64,000 nucleotides of DNA from Verrucomicrobiales bacterium (lineage in GTDB: Bacteria; Verrucomicrobiota; Verrucomicrobiia; Verrucomicrobiales; V1-33), in contig JANOAV010000150.1 of assembly GCA_031411295.1 (NCBI GenBank), positions 1 to 64,000 on the forward strand, in the 5' to 3' direction. Every line of letters begins with the position of its first letter. Position 1 is the first letter of the stretch. The notes below the pieces were generated by a model. The model had not been told where the DNA came from. It was given only the letters and a program-made list of their open reading frames with translations, and did not search any database. Both the position numbers and the translations under genes were made by a program. Below are positions 26,975 through 37,155 of this stretch, piece by piece.

Positions 26975-29911
26975 TTAGTTACGGGAAAGGAATTCATCTA
27001 GGTTAAGAATAGCATTGGCGGTCACGATCCACGCTGCGAACGATACTTCCGAACAACCTTGCGGCGTTTGTCCGCGCACGGTTTTCAGGAGATCGGAGGC
27101 TTGCGCTGGGGTTGCGGTAAACTTTGCTAGCGCATCCTGCTGAAGTTTCAGCAGAGGATCGATTTCATGCTCGTGCAGCCGTCGAATCAACGCCAGGCGC
27201 AATCCGCGTGCCGCCCGCGTGGGATCATCGGGACCTGCCTCGATCATGCGTTTCGCCAAAGCCGCTGCCGCCTCCAAATAAACGGGATCATTCAACACCA
27301 CGAGCGCCTGCAGTGGTGTGTTCGTGCGGATGCGGCGGATCTGACAAACTTCACCACTGCCACCATCGAACGTGGTCATGGTGGGATAAGGCGTAGTGCG
27401 TTTCAAATAAGTGTAGAGCCCCCGTCGATACCGATCCTCCCCTTCTGCATCCACCCACTTCAGTCCATTGTAGGTTGAACGCCACAAGCCCGCTGGCTGC
27501 GGCGGCATCACGGGTGGGCCGGTCATTTTCAAGGATAGAAGGCCGGAGACCGCCAGCGCTTGATCGCGAATCGCTTCTGCGCCTAACCGGAATCGCGCCC
27601 CGCGAGACTGGAGGAAATTTCGCGGATCCGCCTTGGCTAAAGTGGAATCTGATTCGGACGCCTGCCGATACGTTTCGCTCAGCACGATGCTGCGCAGCAA
27701 GTGTTTCGTCGACCAACCCCCATCACGATACTCCGCCGCCAACCAATCCAGCAACGCGGGATTCGCAGGCGGCAGGCCTAACGCCCCGAAGTCTTCCTCC
27801 GTTTCCACAATCCCAACCCCGCACAATCGCGCCCAAATGCGGTTCGCCCAGACGCGCGGAGTCAGCGGATTTTCCTTGCTCGTCAACCAATGTGCCAGCC
27901 CCAGGCGATTCGCTTTCTCACTCGCTGGCAGCGGATGGAAAGCTACGGGCACAGCCGCTACCACTGGGTCTCCCTGGTCCAGGAAATTTCCCCGCTTGTG
28001 AATTTTGGTCACCCGTTGCTTTCCTTCACCTAACTCACGCAGCACTGGCAACTTTGGTTGCGAGTCGTTCCACTGCTTCAACTCCTTCTTGAGGGACGCT
28101 ACGGACGCCCGTGCTTGCACCAACTCTGGTGCAGTCGCTGGTTCTTTACCTTCGCTCGTCATGCTAATGCGGAAGCGCTGCATCGTCAGTTGCTGACCGT
28201 ATTGTTGGGAGAGCTGGACATTAATTTCTGTCGGCTGGGTAATTGTCAGCGGCATTGCGAAATCAAACGTCGCCACATGGCGGTCATGGAAACGCGGACT
28301 GATAGCCCAACCAGTTTCCAGCTTGCCATCAATCGCCCCTGTAACCGGCCAGCCACCTTGCGCATAATCCGCCTGCGGATGCTGCAACGTGGCACGGGCT
28401 TCCAGCCCGTCAGCCTGAGGACGCCCCTTGTCACCCAAGCGCTTAGCCTCCTCTAAAGCTCCACGGCTAGCGGCCTGGAAGCCCACGCCACTTACAGTCA
28501 ACTCAGAGATCACAAAGTTAGGATCAGCGGCATTGCGTCCCACTTTCCCTTTCTCCGGCAAGGCCTCCAAACGAAGCTTCTGCCAAGTGCCCGCAGGCAG
28601 CGTGAGTTTCACCGTGTAAACCTCCCGCTCCGGATTCTTGCCACTCGCGAGGATGGAACCATCCGCTTGCACCGTGAGCGTGGCAGCTTCCGCTGTCGCA
28701 GCGATCACTTTGGGAGTGATCCACAGTTTATCCTGCTCAGTCACTTGCGCGGCGTAAGATTTCTCCAATGGAGCCAACGTCGCCTCGGCGTCCTGCAGCT
28801 TGGTTTCCAACGCTTTGCGGGCAGCGTCATTTTGCGTCGCCACGGCCATCACGGGCGAATCATCCCCACGATCCGCGTCTTCCGTCTGATTGAAGATGGC
28901 GAACAATTGATAGTATTCCGACTGGGAAATGGGATCATATTTATGGGTGTGGCATTTGGCACAGCCCATCGTCAGCCCCATCCAGACTTGCATCGTGGTA
29001 TCCACCCGATCCTTCACCGCCACTTGGCGGAACTCTTCATCGTCCGTGCCACCTTCGTCATTGCTCATGGTGTTGCGATGACAGGCCGTGGCAATTTTCT
29101 GCTGCTCAGTGGCATCCGCCAGCAAATCTCCCGCCAACTGCTGTTCCGTAAATTGCGGCAGCGGTAGATCCTGATTGAACGCCTGCACCACCCAATCCCG
29201 CCACGGCCACATGGTGCGGCCCAAGTCCTTCTCATAACCTTTCGTGTCGGCATACCTCATGAGATCCAGCCACATGCGCGCCCAGTGCTCGCCAAACTGC
29301 GGCTTGGCTAGTAACTCATCCACCAGCTTCGCATACGCCTCGGGCGACGCTCCGGCAGAGAAGGCATCCGCCTGCTCCGGCGTGGGCGGCAGGCCGATGA
29401 GATCCAAATACAACCGCCGCACTAACGTCTGCGGCAATGCCGGCTTTCGGGGCTCCAGGCCTTTGGTCGCCAATTCCTTGCGCACCAACACATCAATCCC
29501 ATTGCTTCCCGCAGCCGTCTCCGGCCGCACCACTGGCTCGAACGACCAATGCCGGCCCCACTTTGCGCCTTCCGAAATCCAACGACGCAACGTTTCCACC
29601 TGCGCTGGTTTCACGGTTTTGTGCGCCTTGGGCGGCGGCATGACCTCGTCAGGATCGGTGCTGAGCAATCGAGAAATGATCGTGCTCTGGTCAGGTTGCC
29701 CCGGCACAATAGGGAAACCATCGTCATGCTCCCGCTTGGCCTCCGCCTCCAGATCCAAACGCAGATTCCCCTTCCGTTCATGCTCATCCGGCCCATGGCA
29801 CGCATAGCAATTGAGTGAAAGAATCGGCAGCACCTCACGCGAGAACTGCACGGTTTCGGCGGCGGCAGTAAAGTTAAGGAGTAAAAAGGCTATCAAAAAA
29901 CGGGGCATCAT
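26975..29911 (-). CDS. Planctomycete cytochrome c / DUF1549 / DUF1553 (PSD1) protein
   Basis: CYACHGPD, HWSF.P, GEHWAR.WLD..RYADT.G, CAKCHTHKYDP, NPLTPRVWANRIW, TNTPLQAL. In an operon with the DUF1501 gene. Confidence 0.9.
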   Translation of the reverse strand: MMPRFLIAFLLLNFTAAAETVQFSREVLPILSLNCYACHGPDEHERKGNLRLDLEAEAKREHDDGFPIVPGQPDQSTIISRLLSTDPDEVMPPPKAHKTVKPAQVETLRRWISEGAKWGRHWSFEPVVRPETAAGSNGIDVLVRKELATKGLEPRKPALPQTLVRRLYLDLIGLPPTPEQADAFSAGASPEAYAKLVDELLAKPQFGEHWARMWLDLMRYADTKGYEKDLGRTMWPWRDWVVQAFNQDLPLPQFTEQQLAGDLLADATEQQKIATACHRNTMSNDEGGTDDEEFRQVAVKDRVDTTMQVWMGLTMGCAKCHTHKYDPISQSEYYQLFAIFNQTEDADRGDDSPVMAVATQNDAARKALETKLQDAEATLAPLEKSYAAQVTEQDKLWITPKVIAATAEAATLTVQADGSILASGKNPEREVYTVKLTLPAGTWQKLRLEALPEKGKVGRNAADPNFVISELTVSGVGFQAASRGALEEAKRLGDKGRPQADGLEARATLQHPQADYAQGGWPVTGAIDGKLETGWAISPRFHDRHVATFDFAMPLTITQPTEINVQLSQQYGQQLTMQRFRISMTSEGKEPATAPELVQARASVASLKKELKQWNDSQPKLPVLRELGEGKQRVTKIHKRGNFLDQGDPVVAAVPVAFHPLPASEKANRLGLAHWLTSKENPLTPRVWANRIWARLCGVGIVETEEDFGALGLPPANPALLDWLAAEYRDGGWSTKHLLRSIVLSETYRQASESDSTLAKADPRNFLQSRGARFRLGAEAIRDQALAVSGLLSLKMTGPPVMPPQPAGLWRSTYNGLKWVDAEGEDRYRRGLYTYLKRTTPYPTMTTFDGGSGEVCQIRRIRTNTPLQALVVLNDPVYLEAAAALAKRMIEAGPDDPTRAARGLRLALIRRLHEHEIDPLLKLQQDALAKFTATPAQASDLLKTVRGQTPQGCSEVSFAAWIVTANAILNLDEFLSRN
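28389..28491. repeat. REP-like palindromic element inserted in frame in the PSD1 gene
   Basis: gtggcacgggcttccagcccgt ... gcggcctggaagcccacgccac imperfect inverted repeat. Confidence 0.7.
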
Positions 29912-30156
29912 ACTTCTCGCAGGTTACACCAAGCCGCGAAATGACGCTTTGATGAATTTCGCTTTTTTGTGTAGATTCGGAGAATGAAAGCGCCAGACGT
30001 TCCCTTCTTCATGAAAGATCGGGGGCCAGCTGAACTGTGGCGGAGACCAGCGCCACGCCACGTCAATGCTGCTTGGCGGGGTCTCGTAACCTCGCTCTCC
30101 ACAGCTGTTGATGCCAATCAATGGCGCCTACCTGGTTGCCCCGCATCTGCGCAGGC

Positions 30157-31410
30157 TCAGAAAGGCAGCCAGTCCTTACTCACAAATTTGACGACCTCGA
30201 CTTGCCGAACATCACGGGAAATTTCTGGATAGCGCACCTCGATGATGGCCGCGTGCGAAGGCTCCATGGCCGTTAGCAGCAGCATCTCCGTCGCGATCTC
30301 ACTCTCCTTTGGCGCGTAGCCAACGAGATCTCTGACTAAGCCGGGAAATTTTAATTTGAAACAAACGTATTTATCCGCCGTGAATTCAAAGTTATAGTAG
30401 GTATCGCGCTCGATCTGCACGTGCAGCAGGGTTGGGGAAGTGGACTTGGAGGAGACTAACTTTTCGATGTGCTCGGTTTGGTAGAGCGTGCTGGTGAACC
30501 AGTCAATCTTATAGGAGTCTCCCGCTGGCACGAGATTGAAGAACAAGCCACCTGGGTAGTCCGGGGTCTCGAAGGCAATGCTCACCAGTCCATGGCCGAC
30601 CATGCCAAAGCTCTGCACCGCATTTAGAATCGGTTTGTCACTGTGGCTTTGGTAAAATTCGCGGACAATGGGGGTGACGGCCTCCCGCTCACGCAGATAC
30701 TGCAGCTTCTCCACATAGCCGTCGGCCTTGAGGAATTTCTGGATGATTTTGCCAGCCCGATCGATGTCCAAGTCATAGCGCAAGACCGGTTCGAAGACCA
30801 GGTTGTCGCCCACGCGGTAATTCTGCGTCGGGGCCACCACTCCCTTGTCGGTGGTGAGGAAAATCAAGACCGCGGCTAGGCCCACGAAGATCAGCATAAT
30901 CCCAGCCAGGCTGAAGCGCTCCAGCTTGCCATCCTCATCATAGAGCCAATTGGTGCAGGAGTTCGTCTGCAAGAACACCAGGAGGGGATCCTGTTTGAAG
31001 TCTGATTTACTGGCGTGGGTGGTTTCGAGTAATCGATCCCAGTTGTCGGTAAAACGTTCCTGCTGCGTCGTCGAGATCAGCACATCATCTGCGGCCGCCG
31101 CCGGGTTGCTCTCCCCGAAGGCTTGATCCTGAAGAAAGCTGGAATACTTGGATTTCCATGCGCGAATGGATGACGCTGAAAGATGAAGCCCCCGTGCGAC
31201 TTCGTGGATGGGGATCCCTTCCTGGATGACTCTGCGCACGGCTTCACGCACGCGCTCCTGCTCAGGGATACGATCCAACTCTTGAGCCGAGAGGTTAGGC
31301 TGCGCCAAGCGCTCATAGACCGTGGAAAGCGGATTCTGCTCGAAATGATCGGCAGAAGCGGCGCGTGGGATTAAGTTAAGCTTATTTTCCTGGGGGTCAG
31401 GGTCGGACAT
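30157..31410 (-). CDS. Hypothetical membrane protein: N-terminal HTH, one TM helix, extracytoplasmic domain
   Basis: AVRRVIQEGIPIHEVARGLHLSASSIRAWKSKY (HTH). TM FSLAGIMLIFVGLAAVLIFL. Confidence 0.7.
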   Translation of the reverse strand: MSDPDPQENKLNLIPRAASADHFEQNPLSTVYERLAQPNLSAQELDRIPEQERVREAVRRVIQEGIPIHEVARGLHLSASSIRAWKSKYSSFLQDQAFGESNPAAAADDVLISTTQQERFTDNWDRLLETTHASKSDFKQDPLLVFLQTNSCTNWLYDEDGKLERFSLAGIMLIFVGLAAVLIFLTTDKGVVAPTQNYRVGDNLVFEPVLRYDLDIDRAGKIIQKFLKADGYVEKLQYLREREAVTPIVREFYQSHSDKPILNAVQSFGMVGHGLVSIAFETPDYPGGLFFNLVPAGDSYKIDWFTSTLYQTEHIEKLVSSKSTSPTLLHVQIERDTYYNFEFTADKYVCFKLKFPGLVRDLVGYAPKESEIATEMLLLTAMEPSHAAIIEVRYPEISRDVRQVEVVKFVSKDWLPF

Positions 31411-31465
31411 GGGAGGGAGGGAGACAAGGGGAGCGGCATCCGCATCCCCTTGGCTGAAGCAGGGT

Positions 31466-33142
31466 TTAAGGAGGGGAGGACGAACTCGCAGTGCTCGACT
31501 CCGGGCGCTTCACTGGATGAATCTCATCCCGATCATAAAACCACGAACGATGCACGATCTTATCGATGAGCACCTGCTCCCGCGAAATGGGGTTTTCTGG
31601 ATAACGCAGTTGAAGCATGATATTGGCCTCAAGCAAGAGTTGTTGGTTTATTTCTTCAGCCACCGTGCTGCCTTTTTTCACATAACCATGGATCATAAAA
31701 TCAGGATCTCCGGGGTAGGTTAGTTCATAGCTGATCCATTTGTCCTGATCACTGAACCCATAGTTATAATAAGCTTCTGGTTTGCACAGCACCCGAAACG
31801 TCAATGGTTCCAGGGGCTGCTTGACCATGTAGTCGCGCAGTTCCATGGGCTGATACCCTACGGAGGTCTCCCAATCCAGCAGGTAACGAGACCTTCCGTT
31901 GGCGGTGGCAGGAAGGACTTGCTCCACGGTAAAATAACGCAGGATTTTTTCTGGTCCCATCCGCAGGGCCAGGAAAATCATGTAAGTCTTGCCAATCAGC
32001 GCTTTCTTAAAGTTTTCCGGCTCCTCCGAACTCAATGGCCCTGACGGGTGGACGGCATACCATTGCTTCATGAGTGGCTTCACTTTTTCGGGCCTCCTGA
32101 CGAACGCTGACTTTGCCTCCCAGCCGTCCGCCGCGAGAAACTGGCGGACCAGTTTATAGGAACCATCGACCTCGTCGTAGGAGATTTGGGCAAGTTTATC
32201 GGAGGATGTGTCTGCTTCAATTTTAGCCGCGCTGGGCTCGCTGGCGGAGACCACGGCCTTGCCGGGAGCTGTGTGGATCAAAAACCACACCGCACCGCCC
32301 CCAATCAACAAAATGAGGGCCAACAACCCCCATCGGCCGGTGCCTGAGATGCGGCGCAATAAAAGCTGGCCGGGGAAAATCCTCCGCTTCCCTTTGCGGG
32401 TTCGCTTGCGCTCAACCCCTTCCGGCTGGTCGTTCAATTCAACGGGTTGTGCGGTCGTGCGCAGCAGTCTGGGCACCATCGTTTCCGGGTGCAGCAAATC
32501 CGGTCCTGGGCTGGCCCATAAATCAGCACGGATTTCGGCCTCAGGAACTTCTTTCAGCGCTGCGGTATCCCAATCCGTCAGTCGAATTTCATCCGCCTCC
32601 CGGCGGCGGCGTTTCTTTTGGCGGACTGGCAGATCACTCTCCATCACCTTGAGCTTATCCACGAACTCGTCGGGCAACTTCGATTCCGCAGGCGGTAGCA
32701 CCCGTTTCTCACTCGAACCAGCAGCGTTGATCTCCTGGAAGGGCAGCACCGAGCGCACTGGTGGCAGGTTCGAGGAACCCGACAGGGGTTGAGACAACGG
32801 GCGTGGCGTGCCGTCAAAACTTCCGGGGGCGGGCGCAAATTGAGTTTCGCGGGCGGCCGGCAGATGACTGGAGCGCGCTGGACGCTCCGGTGTCGATTGT
32901 GCTGGGGCCGACCTGAGTTTACCCGCTAGCGGTGGTGGCTCGGGTTCCGGGGTCGCGAAATCAATGGCGATGGGAGCACGGCACGAGGGGCAGAGTAGCG
33001 CGTGCTTCCCGACCAATTCACGACGCAACTTCATGGTCTTGCCGCAGGCCGGACAGTCCGCAATGACCCATTCAGCGGGGCGAGGTATCAAGGGTGAATT
33101 TTCGGACATGCAGGAAGAGAGAATGGGGTGTTTTTGCTGCAT
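31466..33142 (-). CDS. Hypothetical membrane protein: N-terminal Zn-ribbon, Pro-rich linker, TM, extracytoplasmic domain
   Basis: CPACG...CPSC. TM WGLLALILLIGGGAVWFL. The C-domain is paralogous to that of 30157-31410. Start may be 33109. Confidence 0.7.
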   Translation of the reverse strand: MQQKHPILSSCMSENSPLIPRPAEWVIADCPACGKTMKLRRELVGKHALLCPSCRAPIAIDFATPEPEPPPLAGKLRSAPAQSTPERPARSSHLPAARETQFAPAPGSFDGTPRPLSQPLSGSSNLPPVRSVLPFQEINAAGSSEKRVLPPAESKLPDEFVDKLKVMESDLPVRQKKRRRREADEIRLTDWDTAALKEVPEAEIRADLWASPGPDLLHPETMVPRLLRTTAQPVELNDQPEGVERKRTRKGKRRIFPGQLLLRRISGTGRWGLLALILLIGGGAVWFLIHTAPGKAVVSASEPSAAKIEADTSSDKLAQISYDEVDGSYKLVRQFLAADGWEAKSAFVRRPEKVKPLMKQWYAVHPSGPLSSEEPENFKKALIGKTYMIFLALRMGPEKILRYFTVEQVLPATANGRSRYLLDWETSVGYQPMELRDYMVKQPLEPLTFRVLCKPEAYYNYGFSDQDKWISYELTYPGDPDFMIHGYVKKGSTVAEEINQQLLLEANIMLQLRYPENPISREQVLIDKIVHRSWFYDRDEIHPVKRPESSTASSSSPP

Positions 33143-33397
33143 GATTGTGCTCCGTTCTCAGACTGTCGTCAATCCCCAAACGGGCTTTCGACGTTTATCT
33201 CGAAGACTCGCTTTATCAATTCTGCGAAACTTTGGCTAGACAAATGAGGTGAAATTTCCGAAAGGTTCTTATTTCTGACACAATCAGCTAAAAAATTCTC
33301 CTTTTTGGTTGCCTCTTATTTAAGAATACCTTATTATCCGGAAAAATTAATTGCAATTTTCCTTACTGCCTCTGCTCACGTGTCCACTCCCCTAACC

Positions 33398-35077
33398 ATG
33401 AACCAACAACTCGAACGAATCGCAGCTGTGAATCAGCACTTGCGGCGCGCGCTGGATCAGGTCGCAGATGCGGTGCTCATATTGGAAAGTGGTCCATTGA
33501 TTGATGCCGGACCCAGGATAATTTACGCCAACGAAGCTGCGCTGCGGCTATTGAGCAGGGATGTGGGGCGTTTAATCGGTGCCCATGTGGGGTGTTTTTT
33601 GGAGCAAAGCGCAGTGGCGGACTTTCTTGGCCACCTCACCTCGGAAACCTTGGCTGGAAGCTGGCAAACAAGTTTGCCCCTCCGGCTCGTGAGCGGAAGC
33701 ACCATGCCCTCCCGGTGGACGATCAGCGCGGCCCGGGATCAAGCGGGAGCAGTCCTGAACTATACGGCCACCTTTCAGCTCGAGGCCACCACTTCGTCAC
33801 CTGAAGCGCCCGGAGTGCTCCCGGAACCTCCGCCCATCTCGGTGTCCCTGCCGTCCATTGATCCAGATCCAAAGAACGTTCCCGCGCCCGATGAGTATCA
33901 GGCAGACCAGGTTTCTAACATCCGTGAAACCTCGCGTCGCGTCGCGCATGAATTCAATAACGCCCTGACCGCCATCCTCATGCCAGTGGGCGTGGCCGCC
34001 CGGTTGGCTCCTCCAGGCAGCGACCTGTTGGAGAAGCTCATTTTAGCCCAACGCAGCGCAGAGAAGGCGGCTGGCTTGGCGAAGGACTTCCTCGAATGTT
34101 TCCGCCCCCGGGAAGCCATCAAGGAACGCACGTGCCTGAAAGATCTGCTCAGCCGCACGCTTCGCTTGGCCACAGTCGCAGAGCAGGTGGAATGCCAGTT
34201 GAGCTTTTCAGACGATCTGCTCGCGGTGCAAGCAGACCCGGAGCAAATCGAGCGGGTCTTCTTCAATCTCATTCGCAATGCGTGTGATGCCATGCAGCAA
34301 AAAGGTCGCTTGTTGATCAAAGCCACGAACGTGACGGTTGCCGCCTCCGAAGCAACGGAGACCACCCGCTTGGCTCCCGGACCATACGTGCGCGTCATCG
34401 TGCGGGATTACGGCCCCGGCATTCAACCAGAACACATGCAGCATTTGTTCCATCAACGCTTCACGACCAAGCCGCATGGGAACGGATGCGGGCTCCCGAT
34501 TTGCTATCAAATTGTGCAGGAACACGGCGGAGCCATGTATGTTAGCTCGAAAGTGAACGTCGGCACCGCATTCGATATCTTTCTGCCGGCCGCAGTCATT
34601 CCGGAGGCCGTGTCGGATCCGCCTTCCGTGCCCTTTGCCCCCCTGGAGGAAACCGCCGCTGCGGCTCCCCCCGCGGAAATCGCTCCTCCGCAAATCACTT
34701 CGGAGCCATCCTCACTGCTCATCGTCGAAGATGACGATGTCATCCGCTTGGTCACCAGCGATATTACGAAACAACTCGGCTGGGAAGTCGAATCGGCCGC
34801 CGCTGGTGATGAAGCGCTGAACATCCTGCGTTCGCGTCATCGGGAAGACCGCCCCATCAAAACCGTGCTGCTGGATATGAATCTTGCCGGAGCTTACTCT
34901 GGAATGCAAACCTTCGAGCGTATGCAGCAAATGGATGCAGACATTCGTGTCATTGCCACCAGTGGGGATCATCAAGACCCTGATGCTTACCGTCGTCTGG
35001 GCTTCGTTACTTTTCTGCCCAAACCTTACAGTTGGGAGAGCTTGCAGAAGACGCTGAACGATTCTCTTAGCAGTTAG
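33398..35077 (+). CDS. Hybrid sensor histidine kinase (PAS-HisKA-HATPase-REC)
   Basis: IIYANEAA (PAS), VAHEFNNAL (H-box), NLIRNACDAM, DYGPGI, FTTK..G.G.GL. REC domain LLIVEDD, LLDMNL, FLPKPY. Confidence 0.9.
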   Translation: MNQQLERIAAVNQHLRRALDQVADAVLILESGPLIDAGPRIIYANEAALRLLSRDVGRLIGAHVGCFLEQSAVADFLGHLTSETLAGSWQTSLPLRLVSGSTMPSRWTISAARDQAGAVLNYTATFQLEATTSSPEAPGVLPEPPPISVSLPSIDPDPKNVPAPDEYQADQVSNIRETSRRVAHEFNNALTAILMPVGVAARLAPPGSDLLEKLILAQRSAEKAAGLAKDFLECFRPREAIKERTCLKDLLSRTLRLATVAEQVECQLSFSDDLLAVQADPEQIERVFFNLIRNACDAMQQKGRLLIKATNVTVAASEATETTRLAPGPYVRVIVRDYGPGIQPEHMQHLFHQRFTTKPHGNGCGLPICYQIVQEHGGAMYVSSKVNVGTAFDIFLPAAVIPEAVSDPPSVPFAPLEETAAAAPPAEIAPPQITSEPSSLLIVEDDDVIRLVTSDITKQLGWEVESAAAGDEALNILRSRHREDRPIKTVLLDMNLAGAYSGMQTFERMQQMDADIRVIATSGDHQDPDAYRRLGFVTFLPKPYSWESLQKTLNDSLSS

Positions 35078-35126
35078 TCCTGGGCGGGCGTGGTCTTTGC
35101 CAGTGCCTCCCCAGCGGGGTCTCACC

Positions 35127-36281
35127 TCACGGCCGCACCGGCAACTGGGGAAGATGCCAGTCCCGATGGTAGGGCAAGGGAGTGGTGGCAGGCAGCGTGG
35201 CTCCGGGATTGTCCGCTTCCCAGTCCTGACATTGCTCAGCCGAGGCGTAGTATTTCAACCAGAGCAGCAGCGCTTCGTCCGGCCCTTGGTGCAGGCAATC
35301 GTGGTAACAGGCGGCCGTCTCCATCAGTTCCGGAATAATGACCTTTTGGTAAATTACCGATCGAGTCAATTCCTGGTATAATTCCTCGTCGCTAAGGTGA
35401 TCCGTATGGACCACGTAAAAGTTCATCCGATTCAACTCATGCAACAGTTCCCAGAGCGCTGGGGCCACTGTCTCCTCCGTCAGTTCAGCCATCGGCAGCG
35501 GGGAGAAACCACGTTGCCGCAGGACATCGATGGGACGGAGAAAGGTCTCTTCATTCGTAGAAAATTCGACCGGGAAAGGATCCGACGTTTCACTGCTGCT
35601 GGAGGAAGTATCCTCGAATTCTCCGCCGAGGTCCTGCACCTGACTGCCGCGGTGGATTTCCCGATCCACGGCCGCCAACCCTAACGGATCGTCTTCCTCA
35701 TCAAACTCGTCGTTCTCCTCGCTGGGGAAGGAAATAGTGTCGTCATCTCTGGATTCCGCTGCGGTGTCAAATTCCTCCATACTCATGGCAAACCCTGGCA
35801 ATGGCCAAGACTTGGTGATCGGAGCGTGCGGTCGTGGCAGGTGTTGGTCGCGATGATATGGCAGCGCCTGGTGCAGTGGCAGGGTTTGCCCAGGGTGTTC
35901 CTGTTGCCACGTGGCGCGAGCGTCCTCGTCGGCATAATAACGCAAGGCCAGTCGTTCCGCCGTAGCCTTGCTGGTGCCGGACTCACTAACATCCACGTGG
36001 CAGTTCCATTCGGAAGCTGGCGGGAGATCCGCCGCCTGGCCCGGAAGCCAATTTTGCTCCAGCCAATTGTAAAACTCTCGATCACTCAGATGATCCGTGT
36101 GAAAAAAGAAAATGCGTTTCCCTGCCAGCGCATAGATCAACTCCCACAAGCGGCCCCGGAGTTCATACTTGCTAACCTGGGCGGACGGCACAGCCGTGAA
36201 CCCTTGCTCGGCAAGCATTTCAGTGACGCCACGCCAAGGCGCGTCTTCGTAGGGGTTTTCGGGATCATCCTCGGGGGGCAT
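35127..36281 (-). CDS. Hypothetical protein with an internally duplicated domain
   Basis: LWELIYALAGKRIFFFHTDHLSDREFY...LPYHRDQHLP.P and LWELLHELNRMNFYVVHTDHLSDEELY...LPYHRDWHLP, joined by an acidic linker. Confidence 0.7.
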   Translation of the reverse strand: MPPEDDPENPYEDAPWRGVTEMLAEQGFTAVPSAQVSKYELRGRLWELIYALAGKRIFFFHTDHLSDREFYNWLEQNWLPGQAADLPPASEWNCHVDVSESGTSKATAERLALRYYADEDARATWQQEHPGQTLPLHQALPYHRDQHLPRPHAPITKSWPLPGFAMSMEEFDTAAESRDDDTISFPSEENDEFDEEDDPLGLAAVDREIHRGSQVQDLGGEFEDTSSSSSETSDPFPVEFSTNEETFLRPIDVLRQRGFSPLPMAELTEETVAPALWELLHELNRMNFYVVHTDHLSDEELYQELTRSVIYQKVIIPELMETAACYHDCLHQGPDEALLLWLKYYASAEQCQDWEADNPGATLPATTPLPYHRDWHLPQLPVRP

Positions 36282-36430
36282 AACCGTAGTCTGGGAAATT
36301 TTTTCGACTGGGGCAAGAGCGATTGTGAGAAATTCTGAAAATCAGGTAAATTATTGGACCGCCTGAAATTCCCCTTGCCTCGCAGCAAATCTCTTGAACG
36401 AGGGGAAGTCGTTCTCATAGAATCGGATCC

Positions 36431-37147
36431 ATGCAAAAACTCCAACGCCTCCTGCTTCGCAGCGCCACGATCTCGCGGGCGGGACTACCCGAACTGCTGC
36501 GGCAGGGACGCGTCCTGGTGGACGGGCAACCGGTGCTGGATCTGAATTTCCCCGTCACACGCTTCCACCGCATTATCCTGAATGGAGCGGTGATCCAGCA
36601 GGGCGAGCGGCCCCTTTATTTCATGGTGCACAAACCTGTCGGGCATGTTAGCGCCACCGTGGATCCAGAGCATCCCACGGTGGTTAGTTTAATCGCTGAT
36701 CCAGACCGGGCGTGTTTGCACTTGGCCGGCCGACTGGATCGCAGCACCTCGGGCTTGGTTCTACTAACTAATGACGGAACGTGGTCCAAACGCATTACGA
36801 TGGCGGAGACGCACGTTGCCAAGACTTACCGCGTCACCACCGAACGTGAGATTACGGAGGATACGGTGGCAGCGTTTGCCGCGGGATTTTATTTTCACAC
36901 CGAGGACATTACCACCCTGCCCGCGCGGTTGGAAATCCTCTCGGCACGCCAAGCCAGACTAACACTGCATGAGGGACGGTATCATCAAATCAAGCGGATG
37001 TTCCATCGGGTGCAGAATCGCGTGGTGCAACTCCACCGCGAGAGCATCGGTGGGCTGGCCCTACCCGCCGACCTGCCAGTGGGGAAAGGGCGGGAACTTT
37101 CGAGGGCGGAGCGATTGGCAGTTTTCAACCCCATGAATCCTGCTTAA
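36431..37147 (+). CDS. rsuA: RsuA-family 16S rRNA pseudouridine synthase
   Basis: S4-like N-terminus, HKPVGHVSA, AGRLDRSTSGLVLLTNDG, TLHEGRYHQIKRMF. Confidence 0.85.
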   Translation: MQKLQRLLLRSATISRAGLPELLRQGRVLVDGQPVLDLNFPVTRFHRIILNGAVIQQGERPLYFMVHKPVGHVSATVDPEHPTVVSLIADPDRACLHLAGRLDRSTSGLVLLTNDGTWSKRITMAETHVAKTYRVTTEREITEDTVAAFAAGFYFHTEDITTLPARLEILSARQARLTLHEGRYHQIKRMFHRVQNRVVQLHRESIGGLALPADLPVGKGRELSRAERLAVFNPMNPA

Positions 37148-37155
37148 ATCACCTC

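Noticed and set aside
30157..31410. IS3-type transposase suggested by the HTH
   Set aside because: No DDE domain or terminal repeats. The HTH is followed by a TM helix and a domain paralogous to the neighbouring gene.
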